Source of the DNA: Candidatus Onthoplasma sp.
GTDB taxonomy: Bacteria > Bacillota > Clostridia > Christensenellales > UBA1242
Assembly: GCA_045637825.1 (NCBI GenBank)
Contig: JAZUAD010000036.1
Location: 17,816-81,815 of the forward strand
Direction of reading: 5' to 3'
DNA length: 64,000 bases
The notes under the pieces: generated by a model
What the model saw: the letters and a program-made list of their open reading frames with translations, nothing else
Told to the model about the DNA's origin: nothing
Database searches by the model: none
Made by a program: the position numbers and the translations under genes
Shown here: piece by piece, positions 9,255 to 18,949 of the stretch
Layout: each line of letters starts with the position of its first letter
How positions within the stretch are numbered: position 1 is the stretch's first letter

Positions 9255-11726
9255 ATGGCATTAGATAGAGAAATTGAAAGAATAGAACAAGATAATAAGG
9301 AATACAAAATTACTCCTTATACAATTCAATACGACTCTAAGGCTCAAAGTTTTTTTAAAGGATTTACACCAAAACTTGCAACTAGTGGAACACTTACTGC
9401 ACTTGGCGCAGGTGCTTGTATTGCCTCTGTTTTAACAGGTGGTATTGCAGGTATTGCTATTGGCGCTGTGGCAGGTGTTGTTGCAGGTGGTTATACTATT
9501 TGGACAGGAGTAGATGCTGCACACGTATCTAAGGCACGTTTTAAGGCGTTAGGTATTGGTGGGAAAAAGGAAAATGCTGGAACAATAGAAGTAGTTAAAC
9601 ATAGTGAGGAAATGGCTCATAAATTTACTAAATTGTTGGAAGAGTATCCAGATGAAAAAACTTTTGAACTTGAAGATGGTGCTACTTATACACGTAGAGA
9701 TTTACAAAAGCGTATTAAAGGTTATGAGCGTGAGGCCTATAATGGATTAAACTACATACTTAAACAAGGTTTATATGTTAGTGATAAAATTGAGACCTTG
9801 GGAAAAAGAAAAAATTTAACCCCTTATGAAGAAAATTTGAAAAAACAATATTGGGATATTATGGATAGAGTTAGTGCTTGCGTTAAGAGCGTGGCATCTA
9901 ATCGTTTATATTACAATCCTTATAAAGGTTTAATTATTGATGCAATGCAAAAAGGTTGTTTGTTGGGTGACTATCATCAAATAAACAAAATTAGGGAAGC
10001 TAAAGCTATTGGTGATAAAGATAATACAATTCAACTATACTTTGAAATGTACGAGCGTGATTTATTGGAAAGCAATAGCAAAAAACGTCCTGAGCAAAAA
10101 CCTATTGATAGAAGAGAACATGAGCAATTAAAAAGAGATAAAGTAAAGCTTGAACAAGATATAGAAAGCTTAAAAGAAGAAATTAGTAAGATTTCTCAAA
10201 AGAGTGCTAGAAGAGTTCAAACAGCGTGGAATATTCGTGGTCAAAAGAAAGTTTTACAAAAGCGTACTGAAGAGTTGGAAGATATAATTGAAGAATTGTA
10301 TCAAAGACTAGATGAGTATGAGAAAAAATTGGCTGAAACCAAAGCAAAACTAGGTGAAACTCAAGAAAAATTAGAGGAAACAGATGCTAAACGTAAAAAA
10401 GCATTACAAGAAGTATTTGTTGTAGGTCAACAACATGGCAGAGCGGTTAAAACTGCTTGGAAGCATCGTGGCGAAAGTAGATACTGGAGAGGCCGTGCTG
10501 AAGATGCAGAAAAAACAGTTGGTGCTTTATATGACGGATATACAGAAAATGAAGAAATATCTAAAGGCATTATTGTAGGTATGATTAAAGACAATGCTAA
10601 ACGTAATAATGCTCATAAGAAAGCGATGGCAAATTCAACTGCTGAAGCACAAAGATTATTTGAAGAAAATGAAAGATTGGTTCGCACTAATGAATTGGCA
10701 GGATTATTCCTAGATGAAGAAATGGATAGAAACGACCAATTAAGTCAAGATTTAGCGGATAAAACATCTAAGTTAACAAGTGCAAAAAAGCAAAGCAAAA
10801 AAGACAAAGCAACAATAGAGAAAATGGCTGGTCAACTAGAAGATGCTTATGCTGGTTGGTACGAAACTGAGCAAGAAGCAAGAAATTCTTATTCTAGTGC
10901 AAAGCAATTGGAAGAGCATAATACTGAATTGACAGCACAAAACCAAAGACAAAAAACTAAGATAGGCGCACAAGCAAAAAAAATTGGCGCACAAGGAACT
11001 CAAATTAAAACTCAAAACAAAACTATAGAAACTCAAAGCAAGAAAATAGAAGAGTTAAATGCAGATATTGATGCTTTGGTGCAAGGTCAAACAGAAAATA
11101 TATTTACTATTGCTGGTCTTGAGGGCGAAAATGAAAGATTAGTAGAAGAACGTAGTGCTTGGCAAAAGATATATGAGGCAACTGCAGAAACTGCTGCTGA
11201 GTTGGGATGGGATTTATATAAAACTCGTCGTGAATTAGGTGAAATGACTGATGAAAGAGACGCTTTTGAACTAAGTACAAACGAACTTTTAGGAGAACTA
11301 AATACAACTAAAATCAAATTGGACGAAGCTGAAGAGGAATTAAATAATATTCAAACCAAAAAGGAAGTTAGTTTCTTTAATATGCAATGGTCTGGTGCTA
11401 GAAAAAGACTAGAAAGAATTCTTAATAAGGCAGAAGCACACGTTGATTTAACTATTGAGGAACGTAGTGTAGTAGATGAAACTTGTAAGGCGGTGCTTGG
11501 ATTTATACAAGTTGTAAGAGAACAAGATTTGGAAACAAAGACAACTGAAGAACTTAATGAACTTAATTCAACCTTTAAAGCAATATATAATGCAACTAAA
11601 AAGGGTTTGGTAAAAATATCTAAAGCAGATAAGGATAAGTTGGATAGCGCTGTTAAAATGGTCCAATATAGAATAACACATCAAACAGTAGTTACTCAAA
11701 CAACAATCGAAGTTACTAGCAAATAA
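9255..11726 (+). CDS. Membrane-anchored long coiled-coil protein, function unknown
   Basis: AGGAGG SD. Glycine-zipper hydrophobic hairpin LTALGAGACIASVLTGGIAGIAIGAVAGVVAGGYTIW at about aa 47-85, followed by ~700 aa of heptad-rich sequence. Duplicated motif RRVQTAWNIRGQ / RAVKTAWKHRGE. Confidence 0.8.
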   Translation: MALDREIERIEQDNKEYKITPYTIQYDSKAQSFFKGFTPKLATSGTLTALGAGACIASVLTGGIAGIAIGAVAGVVAGGYTIWTGVDAAHVSKARFKALGIGGKKENAGTIEVVKHSEEMAHKFTKLLEEYPDEKTFELEDGATYTRRDLQKRIKGYEREAYNGLNYILKQGLYVSDKIETLGKRKNLTPYEENLKKQYWDIMDRVSACVKSVASNRLYYNPYKGLIIDAMQKGCLLGDYHQINKIREAKAIGDKDNTIQLYFEMYERDLLESNSKKRPEQKPIDRREHEQLKRDKVKLEQDIESLKEEISKISQKSARRVQTAWNIRGQKKVLQKRTEELEDIIEELYQRLDEYEKKLAETKAKLGETQEKLEETDAKRKKALQEVFVVGQQHGRAVKTAWKHRGESRYWRGRAEDAEKTVGALYDGYTENEEISKGIIVGMIKDNAKRNNAHKKAMANSTAEAQRLFEENERLVRTNELAGLFLDEEMDRNDQLSQDLADKTSKLTSAKKQSKKDKATIEKMAGQLEDAYAGWYETEQEARNSYSSAKQLEEHNTELTAQNQRQKTKIGAQAKKIGAQGTQIKTQNKTIETQSKKIEELNADIDALVQGQTENIFTIAGLEGENERLVEERSAWQKIYEATAETAAELGWDLYKTRRELGEMTDERDAFELSTNELLGELNTTKIKLDEAEEELNNIQTKKEVSFFNMQWSGARKRLERILNKAEAHVDLTIEERSVVDETCKAVLGFIQVVREQDLETKTTEELNELNSTFKAIYNATKKGLVKISKADKDKLDSAVKMVQYRITHQTVVTQTTIEVTSK

Positions 11727-11756
11727 TAAAAAGGAGTTTAAATAACTCCTTTTTTA
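11727..11756 (+). terminator. Rho-independent terminator
   Basis: AAGGAGTT / AACTCCTT stem followed by a T-run. Confidence 0.7.
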
Positions 11757-11833
11757 ATATTTAAGGTTTTTATATTTTATTAGATTTGATATTTACTTGA
11801 CATAAAATTAGTTATAATGATATACTTTTATAT

Positions 11834-12628
11834 ATGACTAATCTAATGATTGATGGATTTACAATATTTGGTTTTCCAATCAAATTTTATGGCATAATTA
11901 TTGCTATGGCAATGTTGATAGGTGTTTTTTTAGTACAACATTTGGCTAAAAAACGAGGAATTAATCCTGATGATGTAATAATACTAGCAATATTGATTAT
12001 TCCATTAGCAATATTGGGTGCAAGGGCATATTATTGTATTTTTAGCGACACACATTATACCTTTGCTACATTTTGGAATATTCGCAAAGGCGGTTTAGCA
12101 ATATATGGTGGTATAATTGGAGGTATTGTAGCAATAGTATTGTTCTGCTTATATAAAAAAGATTTAAAATTAATTATAAAATTGTTTGATATTATAGTTC
12201 CAGCGCTTATTTTAGGTCAAGCAATAGGGCGTTGGGGCAATTTCTTTAATCAAGAAGCGTATGGTTACTTGGTTAGCAATCCTAAATGGCAATGGTTTCC
12301 ATTTGCAGTTAAAATAGAAACTTTTTCGGGATTTGAGTGGCATTTGGCAACTTTCTTTTATGAAAGTTTGTGGAATTTTATAGGATTTATAGTATTGTTA
12401 ATTGTATTTAAAAAATCTCAAAAAATAGGTACAACTACAGGAGTTTATTTAACTTATTACGGGCTTGGAAGATTGTGGATTGAGGGTTTAAGAACAGACT
12501 CGTTATACTGGGGCGTTTTACGTGTTTCTCAATGGCTGAGCGCGTTATTAATTGTTATAGGTTTGGCTATATTGGTCTATAATTATATTAACAAACGAAA
12601 GGATAAGACTTATGAACAAAAAAACTAG
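11834..12628 (+). CDS. lgt: Prolipoprotein diacylglyceryl transferase
   Basis: GRWGNFFNQEAYG signature, multi-TM, GGLAIYGGIIGG motif. Confidence 0.9.
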   Translation: MTNLMIDGFTIFGFPIKFYGIIIAMAMLIGVFLVQHLAKKRGINPDDVIILAILIIPLAILGARAYYCIFSDTHYTFATFWNIRKGGLAIYGGIIGGIVAIVLFCLYKKDLKLIIKLFDIIVPALILGQAIGRWGNFFNQEAYGYLVSNPKWQWFPFAVKIETFSGFEWHLATFFYESLWNFIGFIVLLIVFKKSQKIGTTTGVYLTYYGLGRLWIEGLRTDSLYWGVLRVSQWLSALLIVIGLAILVYNYINKRKDKTYEQKN

Positions 12629-13097
12629 CATATTTTATATAACAACAGTTGCAGTTGCGGTGATTTGTTTAATTTTAGATTTAATATTTACTGATATTTC
12701 ATTTTCATTTTTAGGAATTTGTTTTGCGTTAACAATGCTGGTTTATGGAATATGCTTGATTATTAGAGGTTTTAAATTTAAAATTGATTCTAGTTTGTTT
12801 TTAGGTGTAGTTATATTTATATTTGGCGTTATATCAATTATGACATCCTTTACACTATTGGGATATTTAGATTTGTGGCACTATTTGTTGCTAGGGGCGA
12901 GTGCGTCAAGTATAATTGTAGGGTTTTATTTTAAAACAAATTCGCAAAAAAAACTATCATTACTATTTTTAGGACTATTTTTAATCGCATTATTATTTCA
13001 ATTAAACTTATATAAAGTATGGATAATGTTAATATTAATGCTAGTATTTGTAATAGGGTTTATTATAGTTAATAATATTTTGCATAATAGGAGATAA
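12612..13097 (+). CDS. Hypothetical integral membrane protein
   Basis: 161 aa with about 5 hydrophobic helices. Overlaps the lgt stop by 17 nt (translational coupling). Confidence 0.6.
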   Translation: MNKKTSIFYITTVAVAVICLILDLIFTDISFSFLGICFALTMLVYGICLIIRGFKFKIDSSLFLGVVIFIFGVISIMTSFTLLGYLDLWHYLLLGASASSIIVGFYFKTNSQKKLSLLFLGLFLIALLFQLNLYKVWIMLILMLVFVIGFIIVNNILHNRR

Positions 13098-13099
13098 AT

Positions 13100-13711
13100 A
13101 TGAATACCATTGAAGCTTTACAAGCAGAAAATGCTAGACTAAAGGCGATGCTTGAAGAACATCGTGAAAGTATTAAGCGATTAACTAACGAAATTAAATC
13201 TCATGAGGCGAAAGAGCAAAGTATATCCTCGGCTATTCTTTTTGCTGTAGAGCGAAGTAATCAATGGGATAATAGTATGCGTAAATTATATGAGTTGGGA
13301 ATACAGCGTTCAAGGTTATTGTATGCTCGTATGGAGAGGGTTTTAAATGAATTATATGTTAAATATCCTGAATTAAAAAAAGAATCAAAATTAAAGGATA
13401 TGGCAGATAAATTTAAGACTATTGTAAGCGGAAATGATGTATCAAAAGGTTTTGATGCAGAGGTAGTAACGGGTAAAAATGAAGACCCGATACGAAAGTT
13501 ATTAAATAATATTATTAGTTATATTGATGACAAAAAACCAACTAGAACCTTGCCACGTCAACAAGGGGTTGCTAGTGCTTTAGATGCAATAAATAGCGAG
13601 TATGCAACAACACCTTCTAGTTCGGGCTTTAATATTAACGAAGCATTAAACCCTACAGAAGATTTGGAAGATATTTTAAAGTCATTTAATCTTAAACGTA
13701 AAAGTAAATAA
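13100..13711 (+). CDS. Coiled-coil protein with a DivIVA-like central segment
   Basis: N-terminal coiled coil. KEQSISSAILFAVERSNQ resembles the DivIVA core (ETLNKSILVAQEAAE) but lacks the DivIVA N-terminal lipid-binding domain. AGGAG SD. Confidence 0.4.
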   Translation: MNTIEALQAENARLKAMLEEHRESIKRLTNEIKSHEAKEQSISSAILFAVERSNQWDNSMRKLYELGIQRSRLLYARMERVLNELYVKYPELKKESKLKDMADKFKTIVSGNDVSKGFDAEVVTGKNEDPIRKLLNNIISYIDDKKPTRTLPRQQGVASALDAINSEYATTPSSSGFNINEALNPTEDLEDILKSFNLKRKSK

Positions 13712-13742
13712 AAAAAATGCTCTTAAATTAGAGCATTTTTTA
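13711..13742. terminator. Bidirectional rho-independent terminator
   Basis: AATGCTCT / AGAGCATT stem flanked by A- and T-runs, between convergent genes. Confidence 0.7.
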
Positions 13743-15014
13743 TTATTCTAAATCTTTTCTAATTATTGTGCATCTAGTCATATAACTTTTGATAAGTGCA
13801 CGTGAGAAGAAAATTACGCCAATGGCTAGAGGAACTATAAATAGGGCAACTAGCGAAATGTTAGTAATAATATAACTATTACCGCTAATTTCTAACACCA
13901 AAGAGGTGAATAGAGTGGTTAGTGAATAGCCTAAAAACTCAGCCATTGAATAAAGGGTTAAAGTTCTAGTTAATGAGCGTTTAGATACGCAAGTGTTGAT
14001 GTAATTTTTAACAGTAATACGATATAGGGCACGAGCAATATGTTGTGAAGCAAACAAGGTTAACACTACTATAATTGAAATAACTGCACTAGGATTTATA
14101 GCATAGATAATAGCGTTAAATAGATATGCTGTCATCAACATAACGCTGGAAATTATAATCACCTTAACACCACGTTTTAATTCGTACTTAAATTGGAATT
14201 TTGATGCCAATGCCGCTATTAATCGATAGGCGCAGAATATGTAACCAAATAAATAGGCAGGAATATTTATATTTTGTAAATATACCTTTGATAAAGAACT
14301 ATGCACACTTGATGCTCCAAAAAAGCAGAAACAGAATATTAACATCCAGATTACAAACGGGCGCTTTAATAGAGTTTTATATGAAGGTTCTTGTTCTTTT
14401 TTTATTTCGTTAGATTGCTCTAGCAGTAATGCATTTTCTTCATCTAATGGGTCCTTAATTAAAAATGATAAAAACATTAAAATTATTGAACAAATTGCAG
14501 TGCCTGCAACAGGGGCGTAAGGACTAACAAATTCATAAAGATAACCAGCCAAGATAGAGGAAACACCCTCAAAAATATAGTACCAAAACATACCTTTACC
14601 TTCGTAACGGGAGTAGTCGTTTTTTCTACGAAGTTTTTTAAGTGATAAAGATAGTATTTCCACATCGGTAATATTACGTATAGAAGTACTAATACCATAT
14701 AAGATATTTGCTATTATAAATATCCAAAAACCCTGACCAAACAAATATATTATAGCAAATCCTAAACTTAACATACTAGCAATACGTGTAGAGTTTGCTC
14801 TACCTATTTTTTTAATCATTTTGGATATAGGTATTTGCAACAAAAATGCGGCTAGCATAAATATGCTATCCAATAATATTACTTGTGAATAGGATAAATT
14901 TTTAACCTCGGTTAAATATAATATGGATATTGTCCACAAAAACAAAAAGTCATAGGCAAAAGCCCTATACCAAGGATAAATTCTTACATTTCTTTTTAAA
15001 TCTTGTTCTGACAT
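13743..15014 (-). CDS. MFS transporter
   Basis: 423 aa, about 12 TM segments in a 6+6 arrangement with a charged central loop. Confidence 0.7.
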   Translation of the reverse strand: MSEQDLKRNVRIYPWYRAFAYDFLFLWTISILYLTEVKNLSYSQVILLDSIFMLAAFLLQIPISKMIKKIGRANSTRIASMLSLGFAIIYLFGQGFWIFIIANILYGISTSIRNITDVEILSLSLKKLRRKNDYSRYEGKGMFWYYIFEGVSSILAGYLYEFVSPYAPVAGTAICSIILMFLSFLIKDPLDEENALLLEQSNEIKKEQEPSYKTLLKRPFVIWMLIFCFCFFGASSVHSSLSKVYLQNINIPAYLFGYIFCAYRLIAALASKFQFKYELKRGVKVIIISSVMLMTAYLFNAIIYAINPSAVISIIVVLTLFASQHIARALYRITVKNYINTCVSKRSLTRTLTLYSMAEFLGYSLTTLFTSLVLEISGNSYIITNISLVALFIVPLAIGVIFFSRALIKSYMTRCTIIRKDLE

Positions 15015-15049
15015 AATTCCCCTTATATTGTGTCAAATTTTATTGTATT

Positions 15050-16129
15050 TTAACGTGTTTCAATTATTTCTCCACCGCCGTAGCACATACCATCTTCGGC
15101 GTATAGTACAGCAAATTGCCCAAGTGTTACAGCTCGTTGTTTTTCATAAAATTTTACTTCAATATCACCATTATCAAGAATTTTGATGTGTGCTTTTTGG
15201 TCTGGTTGGCGATAACGACATTTAACAAAGCAGTCAAATTCGTTATTTTTAGGTTTGCCACTAATCCAATTAAATGAATTAGCAATCAAAGATGATGAAA
15301 ACATTTGTTCACACTCACCACAATTGACATATAAAATATTGTTTTTAACATCTTTATCCACTACAAACCATCTATCATTATCATAACCATCTTTTCCGCC
15401 AAGATTTAGCCCTCTACGTTGACCGATTGTGTAATACATAACGCCATCGTGTTCGCCCAGTACATTTCCATCAAGGTCCATTATTTTACCTTTTTGCATA
15501 GGGATATATTCTTTTAAGAATTTTCTAAAATTACGCTCGCCAATAAAACATATTCCGGTAGAATCTTTTTTCTTAGCATTTACCAGGTTATGCTCCTCGG
15601 CAATTTTTCTTACGGTTGGCTTGTCAATTTCTGCAAGAGGGAATATAACTTTTGATAATTGTTGTTGTGACAGTTGGTTTAAAAAGTAGGTTTGGTCTTT
15701 GTTTAAGTCGCTAGCTTTGTATAAATAACTAACACCATCACGTACAACCTTTTTTGCATAATGGCCGGTTGCTATGTAATCGGCGCCAAGTAGCATTGCT
15801 TGATTTAAAAATGGTCCAAACTTTATTTCACGATTACACAACACGTCTGGGTTAGGGGTTCTGCCTTCCTTATACGATTTAAGGAAGTATTCAAAAACTC
15901 TGTCCCAATATTCTTTAGCATAGTTTACAGTATAATAAGGAATGCCTATAGTATCGGCAACACGTTTAACATCTTCAAAGTCTGTTTCACTTGTACAAAC
16001 ACCATGGGAATCGGTCTCCTCCCAATTTACCATAAACATACCTATAACATCATAGCCTTGTTGTTTTAATAGTAGGGCAGTAACAGCTGAATCAACGCCA
16101 CCACTTAATCCCACAACTACTGTTGACAT
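15050..16129 (-). CDS. mnmA: tRNA-specific 2-thiouridylase (tRNA U34 2-thiolation)
   Basis: [32 protein letters not shown]-loop, plus NPDVLCN and CFIGE motifs. Confidence 0.93.
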   Translation of the reverse strand: MSTVVVGLSGGVDSAVTALLLKQQGYDVIGMFMVNWEETDSHGVCTSETDFEDVKRVADTIGIPYYTVNYAKEYWDRVFEYFLKSYKEGRTPNPDVLCNREIKFGPFLNQAMLLGADYIATGHYAKKVVRDGVSYLYKASDLNKDQTYFLNQLSQQQLSKVIFPLAEIDKPTVRKIAEEHNLVNAKKKDSTGICFIGERNFRKFLKEYIPMQKGKIMDLDGNVLGEHDGVMYYTIGQRRGLNLGGKDGYDNDRWFVVDKDVKNNILYVNCGECEQMFSSSLIANSFNWISGKPKNNEFDCFVKCRYRQPDQKAHIKILDNGDIEVKFYEKQRAVTLGQFAVLYAEDGMCYGGGEIIETR

Positions 16130-16130
16130 A

Positions 16131-16658
16131 TTATTCTCCTTTTTCAGTATTAGTATTTAATTTAACATCTTCCAATTTTTCAACATTGACAGAATACGGT
16201 AAAGATACAGGATATTTAAAGCGATTAAATATAATTGATACTATATCGCTTAGCCATATTACAAAACTTGCTACCCATATAATGCCCAAAACTAAAATAA
16301 AGTTTCCTAAATATCCACTGCGTATACCTAGTTGTCCTGCACAATAAGCATAAACAAAAGCAAGCAAAAAGCCCACAGTTTGAAATAATCCACGCCAACG
16401 TTTGCCTAAGGCATAATAATGCAAGCCAAACCAACCACCAAAAATACATTGTAGTAGTATTTTAAATTTACTTACATCGCCAGGTCTTGAGGTTGTATGT
16501 AGCACTCGCTCTTTTTCACCCATACGAAAAGCACTTTTTGCTTCGGCATTGGTGGCGGAATCAAATTTTTTAAAATTAAGTCCACAATTACCGCATCTAG
16601 CCATATTACTAGGAGTTTTGTATTTGCATCTAGGACAACGTTTAAATTCTTTACTCAT
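16131..16658 (-). CDS. Zinc-ribbon plus TM2 domain membrane protein
   Basis: CPRCKYK...CGNCG zinc ribbon, [17 protein letters not shown]2-type motif. The stop abuts the mnmA start. Confidence 0.65.
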   Translation of the reverse strand: MSKEFKRCPRCKYKTPSNMARCGNCGLNFKKFDSATNAEAKSAFRMGEKERVLHTTSRPGDVSKFKILLQCIFGGWFGLHYYALGKRWRGLFQTVGFLLAFVYAYCAGQLGIRSGYLGNFILVLGIIWVASFVIWLSDIVSIIFNRFKYPVSLPYSVNVEKLEDVKLNTNTEKGE

Positions 16659-16796
16659 AACTTTATTATAGCATATTAAAAATAAATTGTATACTATTAA
16701 ATAAATAAAATTTATTTAACTAATAAAAATATTTGTGTAAAATAAAAAAATGTGGTAATATACAATATATATTGTTAAGGAATATAAGGGTGAATT

Positions 16797-17408
16797 ATGA
16801 TAATTGAAAAAATTTCACTTAAATCTAGTCGTAATCCTAATATTTTTATTGTTCAAATTGATGGACAAAATTATATTTTGCATAGCGAAATAATTGTTAA
16901 ATACGGATTACGTACTGGGGCAGAAATTGACCAAGATAAATTAACAGAAGTTGTGTTTGAAAGTGACGTTATGATTGCTACCAATCTTGCAATGAATTAT
17001 GTGTCTAGCAAACTTATTACAACCAAACAACTAAAAGATTACTTGCGTGGCAAAGGATATAAGTCTAACGTTATAGCAAAAGTTATTGATAAGTTTAACG
17101 AATATGGAGTGCTTAATGATGAGAACTTTGCAAATAGTTATGTTAATATTAAACAACATAGTTTAAGCAAGCGTGCGATTGAACAAAAGTTAATGCAAAA
17201 AGGTGTGAATAAGGATATTGCTTCATCTTGTTTGGAAGAATTTGATGATACACAAGTAGCAATAAAAACTGCTGAAAAATTTATGAAGAACAAGGAATAT
17301 ACCGAGGAAAATATAAATAAATTATTGCGACATTTATCCTACAAAGGTTTTGATTATGAAACAATAAATAAAATTTTAAATAAACTTAAACGGGATAAAA
17401 ATAATTAA
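16797..17408 (+). CDS. recX: Recombination regulator RecX
   Basis: About 200 aa of three-helix repeats; KQLKDYLRGKGYKSNVIAKVIDKFNEYGVLNDENFANSYV is typical of RecX. Confidence 0.8.
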   Translation: MIIEKISLKSSRNPNIFIVQIDGQNYILHSEIIVKYGLRTGAEIDQDKLTEVVFESDVMIATNLAMNYVSSKLITTKQLKDYLRGKGYKSNVIAKVIDKFNEYGVLNDENFANSYVNIKQHSLSKRAIEQKLMQKGVNKDIASSCLEEFDDTQVAIKTAEKFMKNKEYTEENINKLLRHLSYKGFDYETINKILNKLKRDKNN

Positions 17409-17537
17409 TTTTTAAATTGCGATAAAATACTATTTTATAGTAATGTATGGATTATTTTAGTTATATAAAATATTTTAAAACAATAATTATTTTAATTAAT
17501 AAAATTAATTCATAAAAAATAAAAAAAGGGAATAAAA

Positions 17538-17885
17538 ATGATAGGAATTGATATTGAAAATGTTGAGCGTTTTAAAGATTTAAGCGAGCATTTAATTAAT
17601 AGAGTTTTTACTGCTAATGAAATTGAATATTGCAAAAAACATCAAAACTCACATATACATTTTGCTGGAATGTGGTGCGCTAAGGAGGCGGTAGTAAAAG
17701 CGCTAAATGATTTAGATTTGGCAGTAAGCGAAATTGAAATTTTGCACAAACCAAGTGGTGCGCCTTATGTTAATATTACACCAAAGTTGCAACAATATTT
17801 TTTGGACAAAAAAATAAAAAATATGCACATTAGCATTTCACATACTGATACTATTGCGACTGCAATTGCGATGATTGAAAGGTAA
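17538..17885 (+). CDS. acpS: Holo-[acyl-carrier-protein] synthase
   Basis: MIGIDIENVERF...FTANEIEYC...WCAKEAVVKA...ISISHTDTIATA is the AcpS signature. Confidence 0.9.
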   Translation: MIGIDIENVERFKDLSEHLINRVFTANEIEYCKKHQNSHIHFAGMWCAKEAVVKALNDLDLAVSEIEILHKPSGAPYVNITPKLQQYFLDKKIKNMHISISHTDTIATAIAMIER

Positions 17886-17930
17886 ACTGGAATTATATTT
17901 AAGATTATAATTATATAATAATATATGATA

Positions 17931-17959
17931 TTGACAAATTCTATAGTTTATGATATAAT
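17931..17959 (+). promoter_or_regulatory. Sigma-A type promoter
   Basis: TTGACA at 17931-17936, 17-nt spacer, TGaTATAAT at 17951-17959. Confidence 0.6.
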
Positions 17960-17979
17960 AAAATTAAAGGTGACGGCTT

Positions 17980-18396
17980 ATGACAAAAGAAGAGTTTATT
18001 GACCAAATGTTTAAGTGGGTTACATACTATAAGGAAAAGTTGGAAGAGGCAGATATTTATCGTGTTCAACTTGATAAACATCTTATAGGCAATAATTCAA
18101 ACATCACTTTTAATCCGTTTTTAAAGTTTGATGAAAAGTATTTTAATATCAAACTTTTATCAAACCTTCAAGCGTTGGATATGGTGTTATATAAAAATTC
18201 AGATGCAAATGTTTATCAGATTAAAATGTTTATAATATGCAATCAGCAATTTAAAGTGCTTAATCAAGTGTTAAAACATAGTCCTTATATGGTGGAAGAA
18301 CTTAAAGAAAAAACTCATAGTCCTATGGATATTGCAATTGCTTATGCAAGATATTGCGAACTGCAAGATAGATATCAAAATACAACAAAACGTTAA
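17980..18396 (+). CDS. Hypothetical protein
   Basis: 138-aa ORF with AAAGGTGA SD and a consensus promoter. No recognisable motif. Confidence 0.6.
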   Translation: MTKEEFIDQMFKWVTYYKEKLEEADIYRVQLDKHLIGNNSNITFNPFLKFDEKYFNIKLLSNLQALDMVLYKNSDANVYQIKMFIICNQQFKVLNQVLKHSPYMVEELKEKTHSPMDIAIAYARYCELQDRYQNTTKR

Positions 18397-18514
18397 AATA
18401 TTGTTAATGTGGCTAACAAATAATAAAATCATACTTAAAACAAGTCAAATAACCAAACAATTAAAACGCATATTGTTTAGTAGGTTAACAAATATAAATA
18501 TAAGGAAAAATAAA

Positions 18515-18883
18515 ATGAATAAAACAGATTATTTACAAGATTATAGACAATTTTTAAATAACATATATATCGATATATTAGATAGTACATATGATGAAGT
18601 TATACGTGAGGCGGGATTTAAGCGCGAAGAATGTGTAAAGGGTATAGACGAAAAGGATTGGATGAATGCATACAACTTTATGTTTGTGCCTATGATGAAA
18701 GTTAAGAATATGATAAAAAATAATGGACAACCTTTTAATCCTGCAATAAAAGAGCATTTAATTTTTTTAAATAGAAAAATGAATATGGTAAAAGACGGAA
18801 TAGAATTAATTTTAACTAAAGAATTTGGAATTACTGTTGGTTGGGTAAATAAACAGACTGGTAAGTGTGAATTTGTATTATAA
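18515..18883 (+). CDS. Hypothetical protein
   Basis: ATG at 18515 (MNKTDYLQDY...) is preferred over the upstream extension at 18332, which overlaps the previous gene. No recognisable motif. Confidence 0.5.
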   Translation: MNKTDYLQDYRQFLNNIYIDILDSTYDEVIREAGFKREECVKGIDEKDWMNAYNFMFVPMMKVKNMIKNNGQPFNPAIKEHLIFLNRKMNMVKDGIELILTKEFGITVGWVNKQTGKCEFVL

Positions 18884-18888
18884 TAAAA

Positions 18889-18920
18889 AATACCGATTAA
18901 TTAATCATCGGTATTTTTTT
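18889..18920. terminator. Bidirectional rho-independent terminator
   Basis: ATACCGAT / ATCGGTAT stem with flanking A- and T-runs, between convergent genes. Confidence 0.7.
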
Positions 18921-18949
18921 GTATTCAAATATTTGATATATTAATCAAA

